From the NCBI RefSeq assembly GCF_044704955.1, contig NC_091983.1, positions 199,330,001 to 199,394,000 of the forward strand: a stretch of DNA of 64,000 bases. Reading direction: 5' to 3'. The stretch is from Pristiophorus japonicus. Lineage: Eukaryota. The notes under the pieces are model-generated. The model did not search any database and had not been told where the DNA came from. It saw only the letters and a list, made by a program, of their open reading frames with translations. Position numbers and translations under genes: made by a program. Below are positions 23,745 to 35,635 of the stretch, in pieces (positions within the stretch are counted from its first letter, which is position 1; the number at the start of each line of letters is the position of its first letter).

Positions 23745-24200
23745 GGTCTTTCGGCAATGAAGAGGGACGTCACCAAGGTCCAGGTTGGTGATTGGAGTGT
23801 GGGCAGATACAGCAGGAGCGGCGAGGTCAGGGCAAAGGAGCGGCGAGAGATTGTAGAGGGACGTGATCGGGGCCCAGGAGAGGCGAGGGCCCAGGAGCAG
23901 CACGGGCCAGCCCACACTGCAAATGTGTGCGCACTAGATCCGTGCAATCCGAGCTGGTCTCCAATCATCTTGGTTAATCTTTGCTACTGGACCAAAACCT
24001 CGCTCTGTCAAGCCCGTGTGGTAGCTGGTGTGTAACGGTCACCACACGTTAAAAAAATCCACGCACAGGCATCTTCCACCCTTCAAGATTTCGTTCGGAA
24101 GCTGGAATTTTAGATCCTTCATTGAAACACCTGTGAACTTTTTGATGTGGAAGTAAGTCATCCTCGATTCGAGGGACTGCCTATGATGATGATGATGATG
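23745..24200 (+). mobile_element. Non-autonomous RTE-tailed element (bipartite SINE-like)
   Basis: Ends ATCCTCGATTCGAGGGACTGCCT(ATG)n; reverse complement of 15828-16310. Confidence 0.82.
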
Positions 24201-24339
24201 AGGAGGAGGAGGAGGACGATACCATCAGCGGGGTCGGGACCCAGGTACAGGGGTAGAGGTGGCAAGCAGCAGAGGAACTAAGAGTTCGGGGCTGGGGAGA
24301 GGTGAGAGATCGGCGGCCGGGGAGAGGAGAGAGAATTAC

Positions 24340-25331
24340 ACATTTATCCTGACTCTGTTTTCTGTTAGTTAGCCAATCCTCTATCCATGCTAATATATTA
24401 CCCCCAAGCCCATGAAGTTTTATCTTGTGCAGTAACCTCTATTTGGCACCTTATCAAAAGCCTTCTGGGAATCCAAATACACCACATCCACTGGTTCTCC
24501 CTTATCCACCCCACTCTTTACATCCTCAAAGAACTCCAGCAAATTTGTCAAACATGATTTCCCTTTCATAAAATCATGCTGACTCTGCTTGATTAAATTA
24601 TGCTTTTCCAAATGTTCCACTACTGCTCCCTTAATAATATTTTCCCAACATTTTCCCAACGACAGATGTTAGGCTAACTGGTCTATAGTTTCCTGCTTTT
24701 TTTTTGCCTCTTTTTTTTTTTAAAATACAAGCGTTACATTTGCGGTTTTCCAATCCGCTAGGACCGCCCCAGAATCCAGGGAATTTTGGTAGATTACAAC
24801 CAATGCATCCACTATCTCTGCAGCCACTTCTTTTAAGACCCTAGGATGCAAGCCATCAGGTCCGCCTTTAGTCCCATTATTTTACCGAGTACTACTTCAT
24901 TAGTGATCGTGATTGTATTAAGTTCCTCCCTCCCTATAGCCCCTTGATTATCCACCATTGGGATGTTTTTAGTGTCTTCTACGTGAAGACCGATACAAAA
25001 TATTTGTTCAACGTCTCTGCCATTTCCCTGTTCTCCATTATTAATTCTCTCGTCTCATCCTTTAGGGAACCAACATTTATTTTAGCTACTCTTTTCCTTT
25101 TTATGTACCTGTAGAAACTCTTACTATCTGTTTTAATATTTCGTGCTAGTTTACTTTCATAATCTATCTTCTCTCTCTCTCATTTTTTTAAGTCATTCTT
25201 TGCTGGCTTTTAAGATTTTCCCAGTCATCTGGCCTCCCACTAGTCTTGCCACATTGTATGCCCTTGTTTCCAATTTGACACCATCCCTTATTTCCTTAGT
25301 TAGCCATAGATGGTTATCCCTTCTCTTAGTC
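24340..25331 (-). mobile_element. CR1 ORF2 internal fragment
   Basis: WLTKEIRDG.., [33 protein letters not shown]. Confidence 0.88.
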
Positions 25332-25866
25332 ATTGGTCCGATCTCAACTGGAGTATTGTGTCCAATTCTGGGCACCGCACTTTAGGAAGGATGTGAAGGC
25401 TTCAGAGAAGGTGCATAAAAGATTTACAAGAATGGTTCCAGGGATGAGGGACTTCAGTTACCTATATAAACTGGAGAAGCTGGGGTTGTTCTCCTTGGAT
25501 TTGATTGAGGTGTTCAAAATCATGAGGGGTCTGGACAGAGTAGAGAGAGAAACTGTTCACATTGGCAGAAGGATCGAGAACCAGAGGACACAGATTGAAG
25601 GTGATTGACAAAAGAACCAAAGGCAACATGAGGAAAAACTTTTTTATGCAGCGAGTGGTTAGGATCTGGAATGCAGTGTCTGAAAGAGTGGTGGAGGTAG
25701 ACTCAATCGTGGCTTTCAAAAGGGAACTGGATAAGTACCTAAAGGAAAAAAAAATTGCAGCGCTCCGAGGAAAGGGCGGGCCAAGCTTAAGTGCTCTTGC
25801 AGAAAGCCGGCACGGGCTTGATGGGTCGAATGGCCTCCTGTGTTGTAACCATTCTATGATTCTATA
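25332..25866 (+). mobile_element. CR1 3' end (ATTCTATG-tailed family)
   Basis: VRSQLEYCVQFWAPHFRKD; tail TGTAACCATTCTATGATTCTAT. Confidence 0.88.
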
Positions 25867-25934
25867 TATGGGTCTTGGATGGGGTGCAGCACAGTTTCAA
25901 CATAATTTTACAGCGGCTTAAAGTTATAAACTTG

Positions 25935-26320
25935 CCTTGTATTCCCTTGTGTTTAGAAGATTGAGAGTGATCTAATTGTACTTTTTTTTAAATGATGAGA
26001 TTCGATATGGTATATATATATACAGAGAAACTATTTCCTCTGGTGGGGAATTGAGGACATGGGGCAATCTTAAAATTGGCCATTTAAAAGTGAAACAGGA
26101 AGCCCTTTTTTTTTTTACACAAAGGATAATGGAGATCTGGAACACTCTACCCCAAAAGGCTGTGGCTGCTGGGTGAATTGTGAAATTTTCAAGACTGAGA
26201 TAATCACATTTTTGTTGGGTAAGGGTATCAAAGGATATGGAGAAAAAGTAGATAAATGGAGCTGAGGTACAGATCTACAAAACAGGCTCAAGGAGCTGAA
26301 TGGCCTATTCCTGTTCCTAT
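25935..26320 (+). mobile_element. Diverged CR1 3' end
   Basis: FFTQRIMEIWNTLPQKAV and a CR1 3'UTR. Confidence 0.7.
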
Positions 26321-27049
26321 GAGCCAGAAATAATTTGCCAGTGCTGAGCTAAACTGCAAGTTATTCAGCCTCTCTCATTTATGATGTAATCTGTAGATTC
26401 CACAGTTCACTCGGGGTTAACTTCCATGCAATAAAATCAAGATGATGCCTGGAAAACATAAGTGATGTCTTGCCTGGAATTCTCCTTGCACTTGCGCAAC
26501 TTATGGTAGGTCGTCTTTTCCCCTGTGGTTATCTTCATTTGTGGTGCAATGTTTTATTCAATCTTTTAATTACCATAAATGAAGCATTCTGAAAATAGAC
26601 AATGCCCATTTAACATATGGTTTACATTCTGCCTCAAAACTATTACACCACGAAAAACCCCACTGACGACTGTGGGATTTCAGACCGAGCTTTTATTGTC
26701 CTAAAATGTTATTTGTGAAAATTTCAACTGTTTTTTAAGATATAAACACTCAGGCAAAAAAACACTTGCCTCTGATAAAAATGTTTTAAGTGAACAGAAG
26801 AAAAATTCAACCTGAATGTCTTTCCTTTTTATTAAGGCATACTTAAAAATGATTAAAGGGGGAGAATGTAACCATAACTAAATTAAATGCTGCAAGTCAG
26901 TTTCGGTTTCCTGGTTAGAAGTGGTGGCTTTGGGTAGAAATAGCATGTTGCAACTATTTTTCTTTCATTTGAGGGCTAGTTATATCAAACTGCATCTTAA
27001 AAAACAAATGCATTTATTTTTTTTAAGTTATTTCTTCCAACTGAAATAA

Positions 27050-27601
27050 GGTGCCAATTTTAATTCACCCCTCTTGGCTGAATTGCGGCGGGAGAACAGT
27101 TAAAATAGCTGTGAAAATACTTACTGCCCCATTCCAGCTCAATTCCCGCCCACCACCGTCTTTTATAAGCTCCTTTAAGTGTCCGCGTGCCCGCCTGACA
27201 TAGGCAGGAGCCTTATTAACAATTGCTAATCAGGATCCTATGACACCCATAGGAACCCCATGACTTAACGGTCTACTAAGCAGGGCTCCCGCCATGAGCA
27301 GCCCACTCATCAAAGCCCGACACGGGAAAAAAGGTAAAGCAAAAACTTTCCATTCTGAGCATCTAATGCTCAGGCCTCCCTCCCCTTCTAAAACACAAAA
27401 TTGCCCCGATTCCAACCCCCTATGACAAATCTGGATGCTGGCAGGCCACCTCTGGGACCCACGATTTTGATCTGCCCAAAGCTAGCCAGTCTTTCTGCCC
27501 ATTTCGGGTAGAAAGTGGGCTGGCTGGATATAAACGAGGCCTACTGTTTAAATCAACAAAGCCTCCCCCTGGCCTCCCATTGGAGAGTTAAAATTCACCC
27601 C
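27050..27601. mobile_element. Probable older Harbinger-like MITE
   Basis: Imperfect TIR GGTGCCAATTTTAA / TTAAAATTCACCCC (11/14), GC-rich interior; no clear TSD. Confidence 0.45.
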
Positions 27602-28654
27602 AGGATTTCTGGAGGCATAGTTGCCTCATTACTTCTAAAGTCTGGATTTGTATTCAGCCTAGGTTGATAGGCTGCAAGGACCCTACATGAAGTGACCTTG
27701 AAAACTCTCAACCTAGATCTTATTGGGCTTAAAAGTGCAATCTCACTCAGTGGTTCACATTAGTGAAGCCTTGTGTCAGAAATCGAAAAATGAACACCGA
27801 GTAATTAATACTGGGTAAGGGGTGCTCTTCTGAATTTTTGGAGTGTGTCGTTGTCTGTGCTTAGGGAGGATTAACGCACAGGTCCTATGGAGTCCTATGC
27901 CCAAGGGCCCCAGTCAAATATGGGGCAATTATTCCTCCCTTAAAGCTCAAAGAATGCCAACCATTTAAAAAGGTAAAGACAACTATTTTCATGTTATTTA
28001 TGTGTTTGTATTTTTTCATGTTTGGTTATGCACTTAATATGGTATTACTAAAAACGCAGGGTATTTCTATCAGCCACATACATACATGGGTGTTTGTGAT
28101 CATTGTATATTTGGTAAGCATTTTGCCTAAATCAAACAGATAAATCTATTTTATTTTGTTGTGTACGACAAAATTAAACGGTTTCAGTTAAGTGTCTTTT
28201 TTGTGATATGAGTTACTTTATTATTAATGCAGTGTGTAAATATTCTACAGGCCTAATTTTTCCACACATTTTACTCCATGTTTATGTTTAAATGGATCAA
28301 GAGGGGGTGCTGCAAGGGATGCGGAGGGGCCCAGAATCCCAAGAATTCTTATTCAGGCTCTGGTCTTTGCTTGGCCTGGGTATGCTTGATATTATTAGGT
28401 GGCAGAATTTGGAAAAATATTCCGAATCCCAGTATGTGCATTCTTCACCTTGAGCAAAAAAAACCACTCCAAGAGATAAGAAAACAATTCAGAAACAGCA
28501 TGAATACGATCACTTTGTCTGTGGAATCAACTGCTCATCTCCTTGCTGCTCGCAATATTGGAATGAAACATCGTTCAAAATAGGGTGTTTCCGATATACG
28601 TACAAACCACCAGTTGCAACTGGTACCACATAGATATAGGGTCTGTAGTCAACT

Positions 28655-30077
28655 GACTAAAAAAGGAGGCAGACAAAAAGCAGGAAACTATAGACCAGTT
28701 AGCCTAACATCTGTCGTTGGGAAAATGTTGGAGCCCATTAAGAAGCAGTAGCGGGACATTTGGAAAAGCATCATTCAATCAAGCAGAGTCAGCATGGTTT
28801 TATGAAAGGGAAATCATGTTTGACAAATTTGCTGGAGTTCTTCAAGGATGTAATAAGCAAGGTAGAGAAGGGGGAACCAGTGTACGTGGTGTATTTGGAT
28901 TTCCAAAAGGCATTCGATAAGGTGCCACATAAAAGGTTACTGCACAAGATAAAAGATCATGGGGTTGGGGGTAATATATTAGCATGGATAGAGGATTGGC
29001 TAACTAACAGAAAGCAGAGTCAGAATAAATGGGTAATTTTCCAGTTGGCAAATAGTGACGAGTGGGGTGCCGCAGGGATCAGTGCTGGGTTCTTAACTAT
29101 TTACAATCTATATTAATGACTTGGATGAAGGGACCGAGTGCAATGTAGCCAAGTTTGCTGATGATACAAAGGTGGGTGGGAAAGCACATTGTGAGGAGGA
29201 CACAAAATCTGCAAAAGGATATAGACAGGCTAAGTGAGTGTGCAAAAATTTGGCAGATGGGAGTATAATGTGGGAAAATGTGAGTTTATCCACTTTGGCA
29301 GAAAAAAATAGAAAAGCAAATTATAATTTAAATGGAGAAAAATTGCAAAGTGCTGCAATACAGAGAGACCTGGGGGTCCTTGTGCATGAAACACAAAGAT
29401 TGAGTATGCTGGTACAGCAAGTAATCAGGAAGGCAAATGGAATGTTGGCCTTATTGCAAGGGGGATAGAGTATAAAAGCAGAGAGGTCCTGCTACAATTG
29501 TACAGGGTATTGGTAAGGCCACACCTAGCGTACTGCTTACAGTTTGGTCTCCGCATTTAAGGAAGGATATGCTTGCATTGGAGGCTGTTCAGAGAAGGTT
29601 CACGAGGTTGATTCCGGAGATGAGGGGGTTGACTTATGAAGATAGGTTGAGTAGGTTGGGCCTATACTCACTGGAGTTCAGAAGATTGAAAGGTGATCTT
29701 AATCGAAACATACAAGATAATGAGGGGGCTCGACAAGGTGGATGCAGAGAGGATAGCTCCACTCATAGGGGAAACTAAAACTAGGAGACTGTTTTAAATG
29801 GGTGGCACTTTATTGAGAGACTGAGATGAGGAGGAATTTCTTCTCAGAGGGTTGTAAATCTATGGAATTCTCTGCCCCAGAGAGCTGTGGAGGCTGGGTC
29901 ATTGAATATATTTAAGGCAGAGATACAGATTTTTTGAGCGATAAAGGGAATAAAGGATTATGGGGAGCGGGTGGGGAAGTGGAGCTGAGTCCATGATCAG
30001 ATCAGCCATGATCTTATTAAATGGCGGAGCAGGCTCGAGGGGCCAAGTGGCCTACTCCTATTTCTTATGTTCTTATG
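28655..30077 (+). mobile_element. CR1 LINE, 5'-truncated RT portion
   Basis: [31 protein letters not shown], (TTCTTATG)n tail. Confidence 0.92.
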
Positions 30078-30981
30078 ACTAATCCACTTCTTTTAGTCAA
30101 AATCTCTAACTATAGCTTAATAAGCCCTTTCAATTATGCTTTGGGCGCAGGGCATGCAGAGTGCACAGTTTTGGATAGCTTGGTGAGCCTGAGCAACTGA
30201 AAAAACCTGCAGAACCTCAACTGCAATCAACTAAAGTCCAACAAAACCTGATGGCAGAGAAACAAATATGTTCAAATCCTTCTTTCTAATTTATGGCTTC
30301 TCATTTCTTTTAGATTTCACAAAAAATTCCATTGCATCTGTTCCTAATGCACTTCAGTCACAGAATATCTCAGATTCAGCATTTGCTGTACACAATTTTA
30401 CTGCGTGTATGTATGCCACCCAGGAGGATGGAGAACTATAGGGGTCAAGTTTCGGGCCGCGCCTAGAACGGCACAACCTCGATCTGGACGCCCGTTTATC
30501 GCGCCTAAAAGTGCAGAAAAATACCTCTTAATTCTCCAGCTCCTTGCTGGTCCCTGGGAGCTCGGCGCGGCTCGCAGACAGCAGCGGGGGGGGGGGGGGG
30601 GCGCGGAGCCACAGAGTCGCGCCGATTCTGCAAGTGGAGGGGGGGCGGGGCTAAGTTAAATGAGGCAACGTCGTGCTGGCAGCCCTGCGCGTGTGTGTTG
30701 GAGCGCACGCGCGCAGTAGCCCAGAAATATTGGCACTCAGCCATTTTTAAAGGGACTGAAGTGTTGATTTGTCTCGTGGACCCCTGGAAAGGCTTGGGAT
30801 TGAATTTTGGTGATTTTTGTGTGTCTGAAGGAGTGCTTTTAGCAGCACTGTTGAATAAATCACCTGCTGAAATCAGTGAGTGCTGCTTTTCATTGCTAAA
30901 CCTCCAGAACAGGTGCTGCATTGGTGCATGCAAATTAAAGACTGTGTGTTTTGAAAATAACAGTGTCAATTCAATACAGCA

Positions 30982-32335
30982 ATAGAACAACGTTCACCAA
31001 GAACAAAGAATTTCTTGCAAGAGGAAGGGGAGATATTAGTCAGCGTCATTCAGCAGAGATGGCAGGAGCTAGATAACAGCAACAGCATAAAAGTGCCATC
31101 TAAACAAATGAAGAAACGGTGGAACCAAGTTGCAGAAGATTACTGCGCAGTGGTGCATACCATGAGATCTGGAAGCCAGTGTAAAAAGAAATGGCACGAC
31201 CTTGGTCAAGTAGTTAGTGTAAGTAATAGTTCCATTTTTAATGTAATCATTATTGTAATGTGACTATCTGTATGTCCCACCCTGCAGAAAGATGCACTCA
31301 GTAAAAAGGTATAGTTTACTCTTTGCAGAAGAAATTGGCCCACAACAAAAGGGAAGCAACTCAATCAGGAGGCGTGCCCAATCTGCATCCACTGACACCC
31401 TTGGAACAGAGGGCAGCTGCTATGATGAGTGGTACATGGAGAAAAGCAATCAGTACAGCACAAGCTGGGTCGGCACGTGAGGAAGAGGGTAAAGTCCTGA
31501 AAATGCATCATGGCCCTTCAAATCAACCTGCTGTCTGGCCTATGTGTGAGAGTACTCATGCCACCCATCCTGCCCCCTCCCTTGCTGTTAAACATTTGAC
31601 TGTTCTGATGTATTTTGCAGCACATGATGATGATGATGCTGCTGCTGATGATGATGAAGACGACGCTGCCAACCCTGAGGATCCTGAAGATACAGAACAA
31701 GAACCAGTACAACCAGATGCGGACGATCCAGACTGGATGGTGGCGACGATGACTGAAATGTCTTCAGGGGAGAGCTTCCAAATTAATGTTTATGCACCCC
31801 CATTAAGAGGCATCAGAGTTTCAACCCCTTGCATAGGTTCTGGTTCCACCTTCCATGGTTTTGATTCCGACATTGCGGGTCCCAGTGGTGCTGGTGATAT
31901 AATGGAGCAGTTTACACCCATTCACCCACCATCCCAGCCCACACTCGAGTGTTGTCGTTTGAAACACCGAGCTTCCCGCCGTGCGTGCCCGCGCCTCCAA
32001 GAGTAGTGGTGCCACGAGGCAGACCTAGGCAGAGGAGAAGGAGATTGGAGACATGCTCTCCTAAGATGCAGCGTGCAACAGATGTGGCTCAGGTTGTGGC
32101 ATTGGGTATGGAGACCAATGAGCTTACCCGATCACTCATCGGCAGCGTCAGTGCAGTGGGTGAAGAGGTGATGGTCCTGACGGCAGAAATAGCAGTAATG
32201 ACACAGGAACTTAGGGAGGGAACATCCGAGGGAGTGCAATCGACGGCACAGGCTGTCAGAGAGGGCATGCAAGTGACGGCACAGGCTGTCAGGGAGGTAG
32301 CTGCTGCAATAAGGGCACACGGCCTAGCCAATTAA
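30982..32335 (+). pseudogene. Harbinger Myb/SANT-like DNA-binding protein; 3 exons (30982-31218, 31329-31488, 31621-32335)
   Basis: RTKNFLQEE..LV..I..RW..L....KKRWNQVAE......RSGSQCKKKWHDL; GT-AG introns 31219-31328 and 31489-31620; start codon apparently ATG>ATA; frameshift near 31950; acidic linker and coiled-coil-like C-terminus. Confidence 0.85.
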
Positions 32336-32819
32336 ATGACACCCCCATGAAGAAGTGAACATTCACTGAGATGTGGATGAGAGATAGTTGCAGCCTTTGT
32401 TCTTGATGTAGCTCTAGTAACATTTTTCAAATTGAAATTGTTTTGTAAGTTTTGTAACTTTACAACTTATAAATGATCTTAGGGTTTTTAAGTGTTCTTA
32501 TAGTATAAATGCTCTCACATTTTGTATTTTATTTAATTTTGCATCTAAAAAGTGATCTTGAAGTTTGAGTGATCTTAAGAGTATAAGATCTTTCACATTG
32601 AAATTGTTTTGTAACTTTACAAGTTTATAAGTAATCTTCAAGAGTCATATTAAAAAGTAAAGTTTGATACAACAAATATTTTATTACAGTGACGTTAACT
32701 TTTCAATAAAATATTTTTTCATTAAAACTGTTTCATGTTCCATTAACACAACACAACATAGGAACACTGCAAAGAATAAACATGTCCATGCGCAACAGTT
32801 GTCGCAGAGCCCTCAAGCA

Positions 32820-34027
32820 TCAGTAGTTGAAGCGTTCACGGATGAGCTGCTGGCGCAGGGCTCGAGCAATCGTTAAAGGAGCACGATGGACGTCCCTCCT
32901 CCGACCTCGTGCTCCGGCATCAGGCACTTGCATGCTTTCCTGATCGTCGTTATCATCCACATCCTGCTCTTCCGTAATACTATCATGCACTGGACGCTCA
33001 CGTGGGTCTTCTGGTTCCACTACCAGCTCCTGCTGCCTCATGATGCCTAAGTTATGGAGCATGCAGCACAGTGAACTGACCGACAATCTGAGGAGAGTAT
33101 TGCAAGTGGCCTCCGGAATGGTCCAGGCATCGGAAACGCTGTTTCAATATACCAATGATCCCCTCAATGATGCTGCGCGTTGCAATGTGCGCCATGTTGT
33201 ATTGATGGTCAGCTTCTGTCCATGTCATGCATAGGGGCGTCATGAGCCAGGTGGTCGAGCCGTACCCTTTGTCTCCCAGTAGCCAGCTCTGCCCTTCTGG
33301 CTGCTTTTCAAACATGTCAGATATAACAGTGTCGCGTAGGATGAACGCATCATGGGTGCTGCCAGGGTATCTCTCATCGACTGACATGACGCGCTGCTTG
33401 TCATCACACACGAGCTGCACATTGATAGAGTGGAAACCTTTTCTATTCCTGTACTGCTCGGAATCCTCCACAGGTGCTCGCAAGGCGATGTGGGTACAAT
33501 CAATGCAGCCCTGTACCTTTGGGAAGCCAGCAATCCTGAAGAAGCCCACAGCTCTCTCATGGATCGCTTGTGCAGTCATTGGGAACTTGATGAAGTCATT
33601 CCTCCGCACATACAGTGCAGCCGTGACCTGGTAAACGCAGGCATGTATTGCACGTTGAGAGATGGCGCACACATCTCCAGTTGTAGCCTGAAACAATCCC
33701 GAGGCATCGAAGGCAAGTGCAGCTGTTACCTTCACTTCAACAGACAAGGCAGTTGGCGTTCTGCTTCTGGGCAGAAAATCTGCTCTCAGCAGATCACAGG
33801 TCTCAGCGAGAACTTCTCTACGGAAATGCAGCCTTTTGACAATCAGCCTCGCTCATGTCCAGGTACGAGCACCTGGCTCGATATTGCCGACGTGGGCATG
33901 GTCTCCTGCCCATCAGCCTACAGGCTATGACGTTCCTGGTGCGGTGAGCTCTAATCAATTCTCTCCTATGCAGTGAATTGCTGGCGAACCATTGCATAAT
34001 CCGTGGTGTTTACAATGCAGCACCCAT
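32820..34027 (-). pseudogene. Harbinger (HARBI1-like) DDE transposase, disabled
   Basis: GCIDCTHI (D), YRNRKGFHSINVQLVCD, PGSTHDAFI, LLGDKGY (D), RSIIEGIIGILKQRFRCL (E), CCMLHN; early stop at codon 6 and frameshifts. Confidence 0.93.
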
Positions 34028-34079
34028 TCTGCAAATTTAAGTTTCAACCTGGCTATCTGGCTGCCTCTCCCTGTCCCTG

Positions 34080-34400
34080 GCTGAATGGCCTCAGTCTCCC
34101 TCGCAGCTCGAAGGCTGCTTGCTGTGTCTTCGGTTGCCGTCAGCCATTGCCGCCGCCCCATCCCGTGGCCGAATGTCCTCAGCTTCCCTCGCAGCTCGAA
34201 AGCTGCTTGCTGTTTCTTCGGCTGCCGTCGAGCCACTGACGCCGCCCCTGTCTCCTACATGGAAGTAAGGACTGCCTGAAGCACCGCAGCTCAAAGGCTG
34301 TTTGTTGCCGTTGTTGTTGGGCTGCCGTCGAGTCACTGATGCCGCCCGTCTCCAACATGGGAGGCCTGCCTGAAGCACCGCAGCTCGAAGGCTGCTGCTG
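34080..34400. repeat. About 4 diverged 90-100-bp tandem units inside the Harbinger, upstream of the transposase
   Basis: Recurring GCAGCTCGAAGGCTGC...GCTGCCGTCGAGCCACTGA. Confidence 0.75.
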
Positions 34401-35259
34401 CTTCTCAGTTAAGTTAGTATGGAGTAAGTTTTCACTGCCTAAACTTTCAAAACAGGCGTAAGTGGCCGGACATGCCCCCTTTTGAAAAAAAAATCTGTTC
34501 CAAAATTAAACTGTTCTAACTGACTAGAACTGGAGCAAACCAAATGCCGAGAATTGCAATTTCTAAGATACTCCATTCTAAACCAGTTGCTCCAAAAAAA
34601 TAGGAGCAACTCAGGTCGAAACTTGACCCCATAGAGTTTGCTGCTACAAAACATTTGGCGAGTAGTGCATATGCCTAGAATTGGCACCAGTTATAACTTG
34701 TAATTAATTTAATTATTTATTTGGTTACTGGAACAGGAAGTATAACTCGCAATTTAAATTTAAGATATAGCTTTCCTTTGAAATTTAACTTCCAATATTA
34801 TCGCATAATGACTATTAAGAATACCAAACTACACCAAATGTATGCCAAGAATATGAAGTGTAGAATGATACCAGGTTTTGGTTGGGGGGGGGGGGGGGGG
34901 GGGGAAGAGAAAACACGACGAGACCTCCTCCATTCAGTAGCTTTACTGTATGCAAAATTAACAATCCTCCAACCAGCCGCAAATGCAAATGTTGCAAGAA
35001 AAAAAACCTGCATTTATAATCGAACTTCACATTCTCAGTATGTACCAAAGCACTTCACAGTCTATAAAGTACATCTGAAGTGTAGTTACTGTTGCAATGT
35101 AGGGAATTTGGTGTTCAATGAAATGCTTACCTGCTTTCTAGTAAAGGTTACAGAAGAGGCTAATCACCAAGCAAAGCCTATGTCACTTGAGAATTATCAG
35201 ATAGACAGCCATTGTTCAAATTCCAATTTTACAGCAATCAGAAGGTTAGGTTGTCACCT

Positions 35260-35635
35260 CAATGCAGTACTGAGACAGTGCTGCACTGCTGAAGGTGCTG
35301 TCTTTTGGAATGAGACATTAGAGGCACAGTCAGGCCTCTCAGGGGGATGTAAAAATATCCCAATAAATTACTTGCAAGGGATTTCTCCCAATGTAATATA
35401 CCAATAAATTACTTGCAAGGGATTTCTCCCAATGTCTTGGCCAACATTTATCCTTTAACCCACACCACCGAAAACAGATCATCAGACCACTTACCTCATT
35501 GTTGTTTGTTGGACCTTACTGTCTACAAATTGATTGCCGCATTTCCTTACATAACAATGGGTGACTGTACTTTGGTGAAGCGCTTTGGGATGGTCCGAAG
35601 ACGTGAAAGGAATTATATAAATGCACGTTCCTTCC
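35260..35635 (+). mobile_element. Deu-domain SINE body and tail, with an internal 41-bp tandem duplication (35360-35435)
   Basis: GCACTGCTGAAGGTGCTGTCTTTTGGAATGAGAC and tail TATATAAATGCA; homologous to 45410-45762. Confidence 0.7.

Larger units (their letters stand above)
30441..34630. mobile_element. Full-length PIF/Harbinger DNA transposon (decayed autonomous copy, 4190 bp)
   Basis: Perfect 14-bp TIR GGGGTCAAGTTTCG / CGAAACTTGACCCC, perfect TSD ATA/ATA, convergent Myb-like and DDE transposase genes. Confidence 0.95.

Noticed and set aside
28278-28583. ORF with LHLEQ..FRNSMNT resembling KIF6 LHYLEQ..YRNSMMT
   Set aside because: Wrong strand and position relative to the real exon, spacing does not match and there is no splice support; probably chance.
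32820-34027. Domesticated HARBI1 (or NAIF1/MSANTD for the Myb ORF)
   Set aside because: Bounded by TIRs and a TSD, paired with a Myb ORF, and carries stops and frameshifts, so it is a transposon copy.
34721-35407. 228-aa ORF
   Set aside because: Non-ATG start, crosses a poly-G run and SINE fragments, no recognisable domain.
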